A DNA stretch of 63,991 nt, filler included, from Reclinomonas americana ATCC 50394 (Eukaryota), in the NCBI GenBank assembly GCA_048213135.1. It is 19 parts of 19 records of this genome, joined end to end, with 100 filler letters (N's around TTAATTAATTAA, not from the genome) between each part and the next. Parts side by side here need not be neighbours in the genome. Positions count along the whole stretch, not along the records: positions 13,536 to 14,628 come from AFZH01024185.1; positions 14,729 to 17,979 come from AFZH01024186.1; positions 18,080 to 19,466 come from AFZH01024187.1; positions 19,567 to 24,922 come from AFZH01024188.1; positions 25,023 to 30,807 come from AFZH01024189.1; 14 more parts are not named here. One strand, written 5' to 3'. Position 1 is the first letter of the stretch, and each line of letters begins with the position of its first letter. Below, piece by piece: positions 13,624 through 29,113 of the stretch. The notes beneath the pieces are model-generated. The model did no database searches. It was not told the origin of the DNA and saw only the letters and a program-made list of their open reading frames with translations. A program made the translations under genes and the position numbers.

Positions 13624-14736
13624 CCAGTTAGCGACCAGTCCACTTTTTCTCAACAACGCCAGTGTGGATAGAAAAAGACGAACCACACAGAGTACTGTCC
13701 CGCCGGCGTCAGATTCACATCGCTCGCCGTAACAGTCAGCGTCCATGCACCCGCTGATCCTCCCCGCAAACCGGTCGTCATGCTGTACGACGGTGATCCA
13801 GAGCACCCAGATCCAGACACAAGCTTCACATCGTCACTAGCCGTGAGGCCATGGCCAGTCACAGTCACACTCTGCCCCGTCGTCTCACTCGTGATGCTCG
13901 CCGGTGTGTACGAGTCCGCAGATGGTGCTGGCAATCACAAGCAAAAGCAAAAATTGCAATGTATGAGTCGCAACCGAGTACCAGATCTCACATGCAAGAA
14001 AACACAAACGCACCGACAGTCAGCACACCAGGAACTTGCAGCCACACGCCAGCTTGCGCCGCTCCAAAGTGAATGCTGTGCAACAAACAACATGCAACAA
14101 TCAGTGCATGGAGAAAAGAAACGCATCCCACGGGAGATTTTTCTCTCTTCCCCACTGTCCATCTAACTCTTTCTACGATATGCACTGTTCTAATGTGACA
14201 GACAGTCACTGTCGCGTCCCGAACACGTGTTTCAAACAACATACTCACCACACCCAGTACGACCCGACCGTGAGCGAGGTGCTCGCCGTTTGTCGAGTAG
14301 TGGTAGACCCATTGGCCGCGGTCGAAACGAGGGACAACACAGTGCCAGCACCAGTGCACGATCCGGCACTCTGAACTTGCACCACATCCGAATCCGACAG
14401 ACCACTGCCACTCACAGTCACTTGCACGCCATTCGTCTCCGCAATGATGCTACTCGGTGTGAAGCTTGTCACTGCAACGACACACACACGTCAGAAACAC
14501 AGGACACTGACGATCGAATACTCATCACCGCGGAGACACACAGACCTGCGGCCACAAGCAACGAAGTGCTGCCGACTTGCACAGGCGTGCCCACACCGCC
14601 ATACAAGTAACTGAACACAAACAAAAGANNNNNNNNNNNNNNNNNNNNNNNNNNNNNNNNNNNNNNNNNNNNTTAATTAATTAANNNNNNNNNNNNNNNN
14701 NNNNNNNNNNNNNNNNNNNNNNNNNNNNCAAACAAC

Positions 14737-14813
<77 letters not shown>

Positions 14814-17800
14814 ACACACACACACAAACAAACAAACAACAATGTCATCAGCAAAAAAAAACACACAAAAATACCTGCATCACGAATGACGCTTCACAAA
14901 CCACACAAGATACGATCCACCCGCAAGACTGCCGTCGCCGGTCGACACTGTCAGTGTGCGCGCCCCAGCCGATCCACCCACTGCGCCGCTCGTCATGTTG
15001 TACGTCGTCGTGCCACTCGTGCAGGTGCCACCAGACACCAATCGCACAGTATCGCTTGCTGTCAATGCTCGCCCAGTCACCGTCACCGTCTGTCCTGCTG
15101 TACTTGCACCGATTGCAGCTGGAGAGAACGAATCCGCCAGCTCGGCTGTGATGCAATGCACAATGAAACACAATCAAACAACACGACAACATAAAAACAA
15201 CTACAAAGAAACAGTACGCAACACACGGTCAGTGCTCCCGTCAACGCCACAAATGACCCAGTGTTGTTGTACTTGTAGCTGTCGCATGCACCTAACGTAA
15301 GAATATGACAGACAACAACGCGCATCGCTCCATCCCGTCTCCACACACTCACCACACAACATACGATCCGGCCGGCGTCAGATTCACATTCGCCGCAGTG
15401 CCCACAAGCGTCCGCGCACCAGCAACACCGCCAGCCGATCCCACCGTCAGATCGTACGTCGTCGCTCCACCACACGAAGCACCAAGCACCAAACGGATGG
15501 CATCGGCCGTCGTCAGACCACGCCCAGACACAGTGATCGCCTGTCCACTCGTCTCCGCCACAATCGAACTCGGCGTAAACGATTCCGCAAGTTTGTCTGC
15601 ACAGCAGAGGAGAAGCAATGAAAGGGGGAGAGGAGAGGAGTGGAGACGCAAGCGTGTTAGATCCTTCGACATGTACACCCGCACTCGCACTTCCGCTCTC
15701 TCTCTCGCTCTCTCTCTCCTATACACAGACAGAGTCTGTCTCCACATAATCACTCAACTGACATTCAACAGTGTCGATGTCACTTGCACATACGCCCCCG
15801 TGCCGTTGAACCGATAGCTGCATGATTGTCACCGCGCATACAAACACACACACGCACACGCCCAGTCAGCGACCAGTCCACTTCTTCTCAACAACGCCAG
15901 TGTGTGCAAAGAAGACGAACCACACAGAGTACTGTCCCGCCGGCGTCAGATTCACATCGCTCGTCGTCACAGTCAGCGTCCATGCACCCGCTGATCCTCC
16001 CCGCGATCCGGTCGTCATGCTGTATGACGGTGATCCAGAGCACCCAGATCCAGACACAAGCTTCACATCGTCACTGGCGGTCAGACCATGGCCAGTCACA
16101 GTCACACTCTGCCCCGTCGTCTCACTCGTGATGCTCGCAGGCGTGTAGGAGTCCGCAGATGGTGCTGGCAATCACAACAATAATGAGTTAACTGCAGAAG
16201 TAGTCACTCACACACACACACACACGCACACACACACACACACATACACAAGCACGCAGGGGAGTAGAGTGACAATTCTCAGTTCAACGCATGCCACACG
16301 AACGCACCGACAGTCAGCACGCCTGGAACCTGCTGCCAGACACCCGCGCCCGCGCTCGCAAAGTGAATGCTGTGCGAGAAACACACATAGATGTGATCAG
16401 TTCAAGATGAATTCAAGACACACGATCCCATATGTCGATCATTTTCTCTCTCTCTCTTGCTTGCTAGTGCACGAACACTTCTTCGCTCATTGCACGCACG
16501 CATGCATCCCAATCCGCACTACACAAGCACACGCACCACACCCAGTACGACCCGACCGTGAGCGAGGTGCTCGCCGTTTGTCGAGTAGTGGTAGACCCAT
16601 TGGCCGCCGTCGAAACGAGGGACAGCACGGTGCCAGCACCAGTGCACGAACCCGCACTCTGAACTTGCACCACATCCGAATCAGTCAGCCCGCTGCCACT
16701 CACTGTCACTTGCACTCCACTCGTCTCAGCGGTGATGCTGCTCGGCGAAAAGCTACCGTCTGTACGCACCGAAAGCAGCACGAAAGACATGATGATCTCT
16801 CTTTCACAACTTGCCAAAAATTAGAACAAAACGCACCTGTTGCGACGGTCAACGACGTGCTGCCAACTTGCGCTGGCGTCCCCGATCCGCCGTACAAATA
16901 ACTGCATCGAAACAAGATGCCATCACACAAGTAGTAAAGTCGCAGATGCACAGCAACGAGCGAACCACACAAGATACGATCCAGCGGCGAGACTGGTGTT
17001 GCCAGTCGACGCCGTCAGTGTGCGCGCCCCAGCCGATCCACCCACTGCGCCGCTCGTCATGTTGTACGTCGTCGTGCCACTCGTACACGTACCACCAGAC
17101 ACCAATCGCACAACATCGCTCGCTGTCAATGCTCGTCCAGTCACCGTCACTGTCTGTCCTGCTGTAGTTGGAAGTATCAACGAGGGTGAATACGACTCCG
17201 CAGACTTGGCTGCAACGCACAGTCAGTCAGCAAAGGAACGCATGATGGTTACGTGATGACATTTGAATAAATCAACAAAGCACACGCAACAAACGGTCAG
17301 TGCTCCCGTCAGTGCCACAAATGACCCAGTGTTGTCATACTTGTAGCTGTCGCATGCACCCAACGTAAGAATGACAGACAACAACGTGCATCGCTCCATC
17401 CTGTCTCCACACACTCACCACACAACATACGATCCGGCCGGCGTCAGATTCACATCCGACACGGTGCCCACAAGCGTCCGCGCACCAGCAACACCGCCAG
17501 CAGATCCCACCGTCAGATCGTACGTCGTCGCTCCACCACACGAAGCACCAAGCACCAAACGGATGGCATCCGTAGCGGTCAGACCACGCCCAGTCACAGT
17601 GATCGCCTGTCCACTGGTCTCCGCCACAATCGAACTCGGCGTAAACGTCTCCGCAAGTTTGCCTACAGCACAATTGAATGCAAAAAATCAGAACTTGAAA
17701 ACATCTCTTCTTGTTGCTCCAACATTCTTGAGTTGAGCTGAAAACCCCGGCATGCACAGAATTGAAAACAACAAGAACAAGAACACAATCCAAAAACATC

Positions 17801-17886
17801 TCTCTCATGCAGGCAACGGTTATCAGAATGACACACACGCACGCAACCCCAATGTACACAACACCAACTTCAGAAGACAACACTCG

Positions 17887-17919
<33 letters not shown>

Positions 17920-18123
17920 GAGGAGAGAGAGAAGAGAGAGTACGAACAACGCACAACTAGCGCCGACCCGAACTAGCGCNNNNNNNNNNNNNNNNNNNNN
18001 NNNNNNNNNNNNNNNNNNNNNNNTTAATTAATTAANNNNNNNNNNNNNNNNNNNNNNNNNNNNNNNNNNNNNNNNNNNNAACTAACTACTCCTACGTACG
18101 ACGACGACGTACGTACGTAGTAC

Positions 18124-18154
<31 letters not shown>

Positions 18155-18177
18155 CACACACAACGACAACGACACAC

Positions 18178-18219
<42 letters not shown>

Positions 18220-19248
18220 AGAGAGAGAAGAGAGAGTGGTACAAACGCACCAACAGTCAGCGTCCCCGGAACAGTGCTCCACAGTCCCGTTCCTCCAAAC
18301 TGGATGCTGTTGAGATCATACGCAGTCAATTTCGTATCAAGTCGGCTCGATACCAGCCTTCACACACTCCCCCTTTTTCATCTTTCTCTCCATTGTTTCA
18401 CAAGTAAACACCCAGCTAACAAAAGAATTAGTCACCTCATTCCTTCTCGTTGTCTCTCAAAACACTGACAACTCGTCCATCGACGCTTCAAATCTCCTCA
18501 GTCTCTCATTCTCTTCTGCTTTCTCCCCCTCACAAAACGTACCACACAGCATACGATCCCACTGCCAGCGACACGCCACTCGTCTGCACCGTCTTCGTCG
18601 TTCCGCCGCCGCCCACAGACACCGACGACAGCGCTGTACCGCCACCCGTGCAGTCCGCTCCCAGTTCCACTTGCACTACATCGGACGTCACCAACGCAGT
18701 GCCAGTCACAACAATCTGCACGCCACTCGTCTCCGCAGCAATGCTGCTCGGTGAAAAGTTCGTTGCCGACGGTGCCACATCTACGACGAAGCGGGAAATG
18801 GAGTAAGACACCATGACTGTCGAAGGGGAGAAAACCCACACATTTCGCCAACGCAACTCGTCGTGAACGACAGCGTCGATCCGGCCACCACAGTCGAATC
18901 CGACAGCACAGTCACCGCACGGAAATAGTTGGCCGATCCAGGCGTCAGCTGCGACAGTGCATCACTGATGTTGGCGGTCGATCCAGACGCACTCGTTGAC
19001 GGGCCGGCAGTGATGCGGCATTCTCCAGGTTGAAGCGTGATCAATCGAATGATGTTGCCAATTCCAGGAGAACCGGAAAACTCTAATATAAATGAAACAC
19101 AGTGAGCAGGACAGTCGCCATGAATTCCGCCGGGCGCGAAAAAACAATTCTGCAACTCACCAGTCACATATAGTTGATTGCCTTGCGCCAAGTACATGCC
19201 AAACTGTAAAAGAGCAAGTAAGTACATCAGTGACACACATTGCCACAT
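8250..19248 (-). CDS. Giant secreted/surface protein: signal peptide, FN3-like domain, then at least 16 IPT/TIG-like Ig repeats; spans 5 contigs, 3' end missing
   Basis: ATG 19248 MWQCVSLMYLLALLQFGMYLAQG; FN3-like LSQLTPGSANYFRAV; ~100-aa units such as SFTPSSIVAETSGQAITVTGRGL...C...GSYVVC|YKYNNTGSFV, each encoded by two exons. Confidence 0.85.
13551..13622. repeat. (CA)n microsatellite. Similar tracts at ~14737-14826, 23332-23371, 24744-24825, 25182-25252 and 38832-38890; (GA)n at 19391-19451; (CT)n at 62245-62298
   Basis: Dinucleotide runs seen directly, mostly intronic and at contig ends. Confidence 0.95.
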
Positions 19249-19381
19249 ACTGTACGGCAACTAGCTGTTGCACGCGAAGCTCACAATTCATAAAGATGTG
19301 CACACGATCGACTAACGAGCAAGCACGGAAATCGCTCAAAGGCGCACACATACGCACCAGAGAGAGAAGGAGAGGGAGAGG

Positions 19382-19458
<77 letters not shown>

Positions 19459-19574
19459 AGAGAAGANNNNNNNNNNNNNNNNNNNNNNNNNNNNNNNNNN
19501 NNNNNNNNNNTTAATTAATTAANNNNNNNNNNNNNNNNNNNNNNNNNNNNNNNNNNNNNNNNNNNNCACACACT

Positions 19575-20005
19575 CACCCATGCACAGCCGCGGCCACGGC
19601 ATGACCCACTGCATTGGCCATGAGCTCCAGCGGAGGCGGCATGGGTGTGTAATACAAGGCAGCCGACTGCGCGCGCTCGTGTCGCTCGCGCTGCGCCTGA
19701 CGACGCGACTCATTCGCACGCTGCTCAGCTGCTGTTGTCACACCGTGCGCAACACCCGCGTCCTCCTCTTGCGGCACTCGCGTGATCATCATCTCGTCAA
19801 ACACATCCTCCTCGGCGCCCGCGTCGTGTGAGTCGGTGACAGTTGCAGAGGCGGCCGAGGCTGAGCGTGATGAGGGCGGAATGCGCACACGTCGCGGTCC
19901 TCCACCAGTGGCTGTTGTTGTTGTCGTAGTTGTTGTTGTTGAGCTGGAGGACGCGCTTCTGCCTCCACCGCGACTGTCTCGCAGGGAGCGCACAACGCGC
20001 GACAT
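19575..20005 (-). CDS. Hypothetical protein, first exon (continues into gap)
   Basis: MSRVVRSLRDSRGGG...DVFDEMMITRVPQEED..., followed by a GTGAGT donor and a (TG)n intron. Confidence 0.5.
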
Positions 20006-20082
20006 CGTCGGTTGTTTGAAGCTTAGCGCGTCGTTGGAACTCCAACGGTTGGTTTGATTTTGTGGCATTGGGCGAGAGGAAA

Positions 20083-21827
20083 ATGGAGCAGAGGCCGGCA
20101 GTGGGTCGCCGAGTGACTGGCGGTGCGCGTGTGTTTCTGCCGACGGCGCAGGTGCAGATGCAGCAGACGCCGCCGGTGAAGCGGCAGCAGGCGATTCGGG
20201 AGCGGAAGCGTGTCCACGTGCCGTCGATTGTGTGCATGGAGGAGGCGGGCGGCCGCTCGCCCCTTGCTGTGCCTGGTAACACGCTGATTACGGTCACGGA
20301 GGCCAGTCCGCGTAGCCTTCGGGATGAGGGCGATGAGACAATGGAGACGGCGACGGCACTGACGGATCGGAGCAACTTGTCGTCGGCGTCGTCCGTGTCG
20401 AATGCTCGTGCGGCACGCAAGCACAAGACGACGACCAAGGTGCCGGTGGTGCTTCAGTCCGACAGGTTTGTGAGCACGGGGGGGTTAAAAAGACGGTGGC
20501 GAGGTGTCGGCCTCCACTGAACGTGCGCTTGTGCTATTATGTGCAGGAGTATTGTGGCACGCTTGCACCAGTTGACTCGGCAAGATGAAGCACAGCAACA
20601 ACAGGAGCAGCAAGAACAGCAGCGCCAAGCGGCGTTGCAGTCGTCTCCGATCGCGGTGACGACAATGGCGGCGGAAGACAAGGAGAACGCACAGCCGCCT
20701 CCAGCTGCATCACCACCGCCACCACCTCCACTCGCAATCGCGCAGCCGTCTCTCACAGTGGACGACGAGGTGGCAACCAAGGGGCGGCGACACATGCGTC
20801 GACCAAGCCACGAGACAATGGCCATTCTGCGCGCCCTTCGGTTCCACGAGAGACGATCGTCGGTGAGACTCAGTGGCTTCTGTCGCGATCGATGGGCGGA
20901 TTTGTAATCTTGTTCCTCTTGTCGCTCGCGCAGACGCCCTCCGCCGCGGCCACCAGCATTGATCTGGACCACTTGTCGACCATGCTCTCCGACGATCGTC
21001 ACTCGATCGACTTTGCTTCGGTTCTCGGTTCCGAGGACAACTTTAGTGTGGCGCTCGATGCGTCGGACCAATTGGATCTCAGTGCATTCTTGCAGCACAT
21101 GCGTGAACAAACGAGAAAAGGTGAGCCAGCAGCGCGATATGTACGCCGTGCAGTGTTCTCACCATCGCGTCGTGCAGACTGGGAGGACCACCGAGATGGC
21201 GTGATGCGCAGCATACATTCACATCGTGTGGCCGCCATGCGAGCGGGCAGTCCCAGTGCTTTTGAGAGGGCACATGCGTGCGCAAGTCCCACCTCCCCGG
21301 CTGCGCCGGTGGACGACGACGACTCTTCTTCGGTGTTGACGCCGTCGGCGGCGCACTCTGCCGCTGCTGACGCACCCAACGACGGAGCACTGCCGTCGCC
21401 ATCCAGCAGTCTGTGCGAAACGCAGATCACCATGTCGGAAGACATGTCGGTGGTCACGCACGTCGTGGTGTCGGAAATCGTGCCGGAGCCGTCCCCACCG
21501 CGCCCATCCATCCACACGTGCTTTATCAGCGTGGCCCCTGGTCCGCGAAGCCATGCACTGGGCGTGCTTGCTCTTTCCCCACTGGCCACGCCGACCACCG
21601 CAATCGCGGCGACAGTCGTCGGCCCACAAACACCGACTACGCCACAGTCGCCGGGCACGGAGAGCCAACTGCACGCAACGCCCGTTCTTTACGACATTCC
21701 AGTGGCCGCCATGAACATTTTTCCGCGTGCACGACAGCCGCCAGAGTCACCTCCAGTCACGACTCGCCTGAAGCAATTCTTCTCTCGCTGTCTCGCGTGC
21801 CTCGCCTGGGAGGAGGAGGAGCAATAA
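20083..21827 (+). CDS. Spliced low-complexity hypothetical protein
   Basis: Three coding-like ORF segments separated by GT-AG intron-like stretches; stop TAA 21827. Confidence 0.55.
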
Positions 21828-21925
21828 TGGAAGCGAAATATACAAAACATGCGAACAGTAACTGTATTATAGTAGGATTGATAATCATCGTTTTCTCAAG
21901 GAGATAAACAGGTGGTGGCCACCCC

Positions 21926-23330
21926 TCACGCCATGGGTGCTCCTGATGGGGGCACCACTGCGGCACTACTTGGCGATCGTTTGGTGGCCGCATGTGCCGA
22001 TGTGGCCACAGGCAGCAGACCGCAGAACAGGCACCTCCAGAAGGACACCGACGATGCACTTGATGTCGGTGCTGATGTGGCCAAAGTCGGAAGCGGCAGG
22101 GTTGCCAGTGCGGCAGACGATGACGCGGATGTCGGCGCCGATGACAGGCGCTGCAGCGGCAGCGGCAGTGTCGACGAGTTGCCACAGTCGTCGTCGCCGG
22201 CGGCTGCCAGCTGCACATCGTGACGGGTGTCGCTGTCGTCGTTCTGCACCACCAACGTCAACTTGGACGATGACTTGCGTGTCGACTGTGCCATCGAGGT
22301 GACTGTCGACTGCGTAGCGCTGCCACCGAGGGTGGTGCCACTGGTGGCCGACTCATCGTCGCGACCAATACCGTCGTCTTCATCGTCCTCCTCGTCGGCA
22401 TCGGAACCCTTCCGCTCGCCGCCACGATTGCCTCGAGTTGCGGCGCGGTCGTTGGAGCAGCCCGACGCGCAGTCGTCTCCCTCTTCGTCGCCTGCGCAGC
22501 TCTTGGCGGCTGTCTCCGGGTAACTCAGCGTGTCCTCCTCGTCGCCAGTGAGCGAGTTGGCCAGCGAGTGCTGTGCAGCTGCTGGCCTCGAGTCGTTCGC
22601 CGGCGTGGCGTCGCCACTCGCCGATGCTGGTCCGCCAGCGCTGACGCTTCGTCGATGCCGCTCGAGCAGCTCCTTGATCAGTGAGGCAGGCGGATGCCAC
22701 GTGGACTCGCTCAGCTCATCCGATGGCGGCTCAATGCGCACATCCTGCAGCGCATTCCGCGCCTCCTGCAGCAGATGGAGCAGACCGTCCCAGCGATTCT
22801 CTCGACCACGCTCCCGCGCCTGCTTGCGAGCCGCCCTTCGCGTCTCAAGCTCCTCCAGCACCCGCCCTTCCGTGGCGCTGTCCGAATCCATGTGGTGTGC
22901 CGAGCCCGGACGCGGCGCCAGTGGCTCTCCACGCCACGACATGACACGCTGGTGCCACGAGCCGCGGCGAGGCACCTGCGACGTGGTCGCGGCAATGACT
23001 CGATCCTCCTCCTCCTCCATACCGAGGTCCACAATCGCCAACGGCGCCCCAGCTGCGAGTTCTGCGAATGAGACTACAAAGCTTTCCGGGATACGGGAAA
23101 TACTGGTCACACTCACCACCAGAAAACGTGTCCTCGACCACCACCGCGTCGTCTGTGGCCACACACACAGCTGGTGAGGAGAGAGAGCAATGATTCTCAT
23201 GCAGAGGATGGTATACATACCCAAGGAGGCGGTCGGTGTCGACACCCAGCCACCGCCGGTGCCGCCGGCAGCCTGCGTCCCGAGCTCAATATTAGCCAAC
23301 CAATTTCTTCCGCAGTGTTGTTCTTCCCTC

Positions 23331-23373
<43 letters not shown>

Positions 23374-23800
23374 GGGCAAGCATGTTCTGCACCACGACAT
23401 CCACATCAAGTGGCGCTCCACGACCCGTCAGTGGTCTGTTGTCGCTGGCCACGAACGACACGGGCGACGGTGGAGGCGGACGTGACACGGGAAGAATATG
23501 CCCCCACAGTGTCTGATGTTCGCACACTCGTGAGTGACATGGGCTCCACACCGCGGCACTCACCGCCATGCCTGTGCACGCACCTCATCTCCACCACCAA
23601 AGTCATCATCATCATCCTCCTCCCCTTCATCATCATCATCATCAAGATCCTCATCGTCATGATCGTCCTCCGCGAAATCGTCGTAGGTGTTGTTGTCGAG
23701 TTCCTCAGCGTTAGTCATGTAGATTATCACCGAGCCCTCTCCATCCACATCCCACCCATCGCCATTGCCGACAGCAACGCCATCGTGAGAGCTCTGTGTG
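21926..23800 (-). CDS. Spliced acidic/Ser-rich hypothetical protein (5' boundary uncertain)
   Basis: Long terminal exon to 21926, an Asp-rich exon at 23560-23790 and a (TG)n intron. Confidence 0.55.
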
Positions 23801-24167
23801 TGTGAGAGAGAGAGTGATCAGCGCCTGTGCTTTTTTGGCCACACAAGGCGCATTCACACACGCACACAAACCATCGGATATCGCTCTCGCTCGCTCACAC
23901 ACACACGCTCTCTCTTTCTCTTACACACTGGAGCGCCTCTGTGGTTTTTCTGTTGATGCGGGGGGCAGAGCGCTGATCGTCCAACAAACTCTCTTGTCTT
24001 CTCTCCCACTCGCGACAAAATAAGAATTGGGACGATGTGATACTCCGCGCCCGAGTCGAGTTCTCCCGCGGCCACCCCCACCGCGCGAAGCCAACCAATG
24101 AACGCGCGCTTATGGACTTCAGTCGGCGACGCCCATGTCTCCACACAGACTTGTCCACGTGGTGCAT

Positions 24168-25583
<1,416 letters not shown>

Positions 25584-25825
25584 TGATTCGCAATGGACAG
25601 TGGCCTCCCGCACAAACTCGCACTGTCCGTCGTACTTTTTGCCGCCCCTCCATCGCCGTGGGCACTCAGCGTGTGGTCTTGCGCCCCCGGCTGACCATTC
25701 CCAGAACTCCTCTCAGGGCTCGTGGGCGCGCTCGCGAGGATCAGTCTGATGGCACAAGTCCGCAACGAAAGCGAACCAAGCACGCCCCTCCCACACCGCA
25801 AGACTGGAACACAGTGTCAAGTGTC

Positions 25826-26950
25826 ATGAGCAAGAGCTCGTATAGACTGGAGACTCCACTTGGCGAAGGCCTTCACGGGCGCGTCGTTCGAGGTGAGAGA
25901 ACGTCTGTGATTCTCTCTGTGAGTCTAACTTACACTGGAGCACCAGCAACGCGGACTTCTCCAGAGGGGGACACCAGTGTTGTGGCTGTAAAAATCCACG
26001 ACATGCAGGCTGGAGCTAAGCTGGCCCCTCTTGATGTGGAGCACCGCCTTGCGGCATTGTTGGGGCGCGATGGTTTCGGTTCGTGTTGTGAGTCTCAACC
26101 AACCGTTCGACTGTTCGTGCGCTGACAGTTGGCAGCAGAGCTTATGCCTCGAATCGTCGAGTACTTCAGAACACCTCAGGCCGAATACTTGGTTATGGAG
26201 GCTTTCTCGTGTTCTCTGGATGACTTGTCAGAGGTGGCTGGATGGGACGCCGAGTGTTTCATCACACTGGCCCTCGTCATGTGCTCCGTTGTCGAGCGGT
26301 TGCATTTGGCCGGATGGGTGCACATGGACCTGAAGCCCGCCAACATTCTGCTCTCAACCGACGGCGATGTCATCACGCGGATGGTGCTTTGCGATATGGG
26401 AACCTTGCATCGCCTTGTTCACCTCACCCACTTCCATGGTGTTGGAACTCCACTATTCATGAGTATTCGAACTCATCAGAAGAAAGGTGCTGTTGATGCA
26501 TTGTGGTGAGTGTGCTGAAGTGGCCTCATCATGTTCATCTCCCCAGCACAAGTCGTTGCCGACGACTTCGAGTGCGTTCTTTACACTCTTGTGTATGTTC
26601 TCCTCGGAGGACGTCTTCCGTGGAGCAGCGCTGAGGACGAGGCAGAATTGCTCAGCGCCAAGCTCGCCTTCAGGGAGAGCATTCTCGGCGGAGCGGACAT
26701 GAAGACTGCTACGGGGTGTGACCAGTGTTCTATTCGAGGAGATCTCGGTATGTTTGCGTTGCTGTCGTTATTCCACTCGCGATGCTGGATCTGACGAACC
26801 GTAGTGTCGGAGTGCCTGGTGGCCCTAGCAGACTTCGCCAGACAAGTTTTTTCTGGGGGTGACGAGTTGGTGCCTACAGCAGCTTTCTGCGAGGTGCTGA
26901 ATATTCCAGTGGGTAGCTACATTGACTTGCAGATCCGTTTTTGTGCTTGA
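25826..26950 (+). CDS. Divergent CK1-like Ser/Thr protein kinase (spliced, possibly 5'-truncated)
   Basis: GEGLHG, VAVK, YLVME, HMDLKPAN, DMG, GTPLFMS, DDFECVLYTL and LPW motifs across ~5 exons. Confidence 0.85.
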
Positions 26951-27177
26951 AGGGAATGTATGTGGTTGAGGGTCCTTGACGGCTGTGTGGTATCAAGAGA
27001 GATTTCTTGATTGCAGATTGTATACTACACTCATGATTGCACTTGCGATCTATCGAGTACGTACTAGCTCGAGTGCCTGGTTTTGAGTTGAGACGAGAAT
27101 GGGCAAGGTCGACGAAACCAAATTCAAGGAGCTCCTCCGCATCATGCGCCAGGGCTTCCGTCTCCTGCCTCGTCTCC

Positions 27178-27314
27178 TGCCTCGATGAGCGGCGCACAGT
27201 TGCAGTGGACGACGAGGCGGCAGCAGGAGGCGAGGGGTTTTCCCCTCATTGCTTGCGATGGACAGTGGCCAGCTTCCCGCACAAACTCGCACTGTCCGTC
27301 GCACTTTTTGCCGC
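27178..27314. repeat. Direct repeat copy 2
   Basis: Diverged copy of 25509-25645, ending 3 nt before the RING gene ATG. Confidence 0.92.
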
Positions 27315-27317
27315 GCA

Positions 27318-29040
27318 ATGGAGGAGCACCGAGGTTCTCCTTCTGAGTGTGAGTGAGTATCTTTCTCACACTCACACACTGACGCGCCCACTCACAGAAT
27401 CCTCTTCTGGTGGTGGTGGAGGTGGTGGTGCCTCGACTGACAATTCCTCCTCTGACTCCGCCACCGCGACAACAACTGTGGTGACAACAACAACAACAGC
27501 AGCAGGTGTGGCACTGGTGTCTCCTTCTGGACTCGGGGACTGTAGTGTGTGTCTCGAGCCGCTGAGCAAGCTCCTCGACCGCGGGTTCATCGACTCGTGT
27601 GATCATGTGTTTTGCTTTCCGTGTATCACCACGTGGAGCAAGGTGCGTGTGAGAGAGATAGAGAGAGAGAGAGGGAGTGAGGCAGAGAGTGTATGTGTTT
27701 GTGTAATGATCTAACACAAAAAGATCAAACACAGTCGTCAAACGTCTGCCCCGTGTGTCGGAATCGGTTTGGACGCATTGTGCAGCGCGGGAATGCCGCA
27801 GAGGTGGCGGCGGCGGCGGCGGCGACCGGTGGGCAGACGCGTACGCACCGGATCAAGTTGATGCCGCGGAGTGCGCGCAGAAAACGGTCGCAGGTGATTT
27901 CGACCAGTTCGACATCGACTTCGACCTCGTCCACGACAACTGCGGCCGCCGATGGCACGGCGGTTGTCAACGAAGTGCAAGTGCCGCAGCGTGACTTGCA
28001 CATCCCGTACGTGTTCAACCCGGCCGATTTCATGGACGACTCGTCTGACAGCGACGACGACGATGGCATGTTCATGCCCGCGGTGCCTCTCGATCCAGGT
28101 TCGCGCCTTGCATTTGCACTTTCTTTGAAGATGCGTGCCTGACTCACACGGCGCGATTCTTTCATTCTTGTCACCCACCAGTCAGCATCATGCACCTGAT
28201 GATGTTGTGGGGAGGCAACTTTCTTGTGTTTGGCGGTCCGGAGGACGACGAAGAGGGAGCGGAGGAGGAGGAGGAAGAAGAAGAAGAAGAGGACGACAAT
28301 GAGGAGAGCGAGGAGGACGACGGTGAGGACCGCCCTGTCTTTTTGTGGGATGAGGAGGAGGCCGAATACGAATCGTCGTCGTTGTCATCGTCGTCTGCGC
28401 ACTTGTCGTCGCCGTCGGACGACTTGGAGAGTGACAGTGAGAGTGATAGCGACAGTGACGATGTGATGGAGGTGGTGCCGCCGCCGCCGCCTGCAGCGCG
28501 AGGCCGTGGGGGCGCGGGCACACGTGGAGTGGTTCGCGGTCGCGGCCGGGGTGCATCTGCATCAGCACCAAGTGTGCGCAGTCGTGGCAGTGCGCGTGGT
28601 GGCGCAGGCTCACGTGGAATGCCTCGCGGACGCGGCGCGAGTGCTTCTGGTCGAGGCTCTGCCACTGTGGCAGCGCCGCCAAGTAGAGGTGGTGGACGTG
28701 AGCGAGGACCGCCACAACCACCACCACCACCGCCACCGCCGCCACCGCCGCGACCAGTTGCAGCACGCTATTCTCGGCGCATTGCAGCGTCAGAGTCGGG
28801 GCGTCGGCGCACGCGCCAGAGTGCCATGGAGGACGATGATCACGAAGAGCAGCAGGAGGCTGGTGCGCCCCCACGGCAGCGACAGAGGACGAGTGCGGGG
28901 TAAGTCCTCCACGCGTCTCCTCTCCTCTCCTTTGTCACCGCGCTGATTGATGTACGTGGTAAGAAGTGCGGTGCAACAAGTGGAGGAGAGCGAAGAAGAC
29001 AGCGGCCGACAGTTGCGGCATCGAAGAAGCCGCCGCTGAC
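27318..29040 (+). CDS. C3HC4 RING-finger protein with acidic and RG-rich tail (3' end approximate)
   Basis: CSVCLE...SCDHVFCFPCITTWSK|SSNVCPVCRNRF reconstructed across an intron. Confidence 0.85.
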
Positions 29041-29113
29041 AGCCGATCATCTCGCAGTGCTTGTATGCATGGACAGTGAATACGAGAACGCTGCGGCTTG
29101 TGTATAATCGCGC

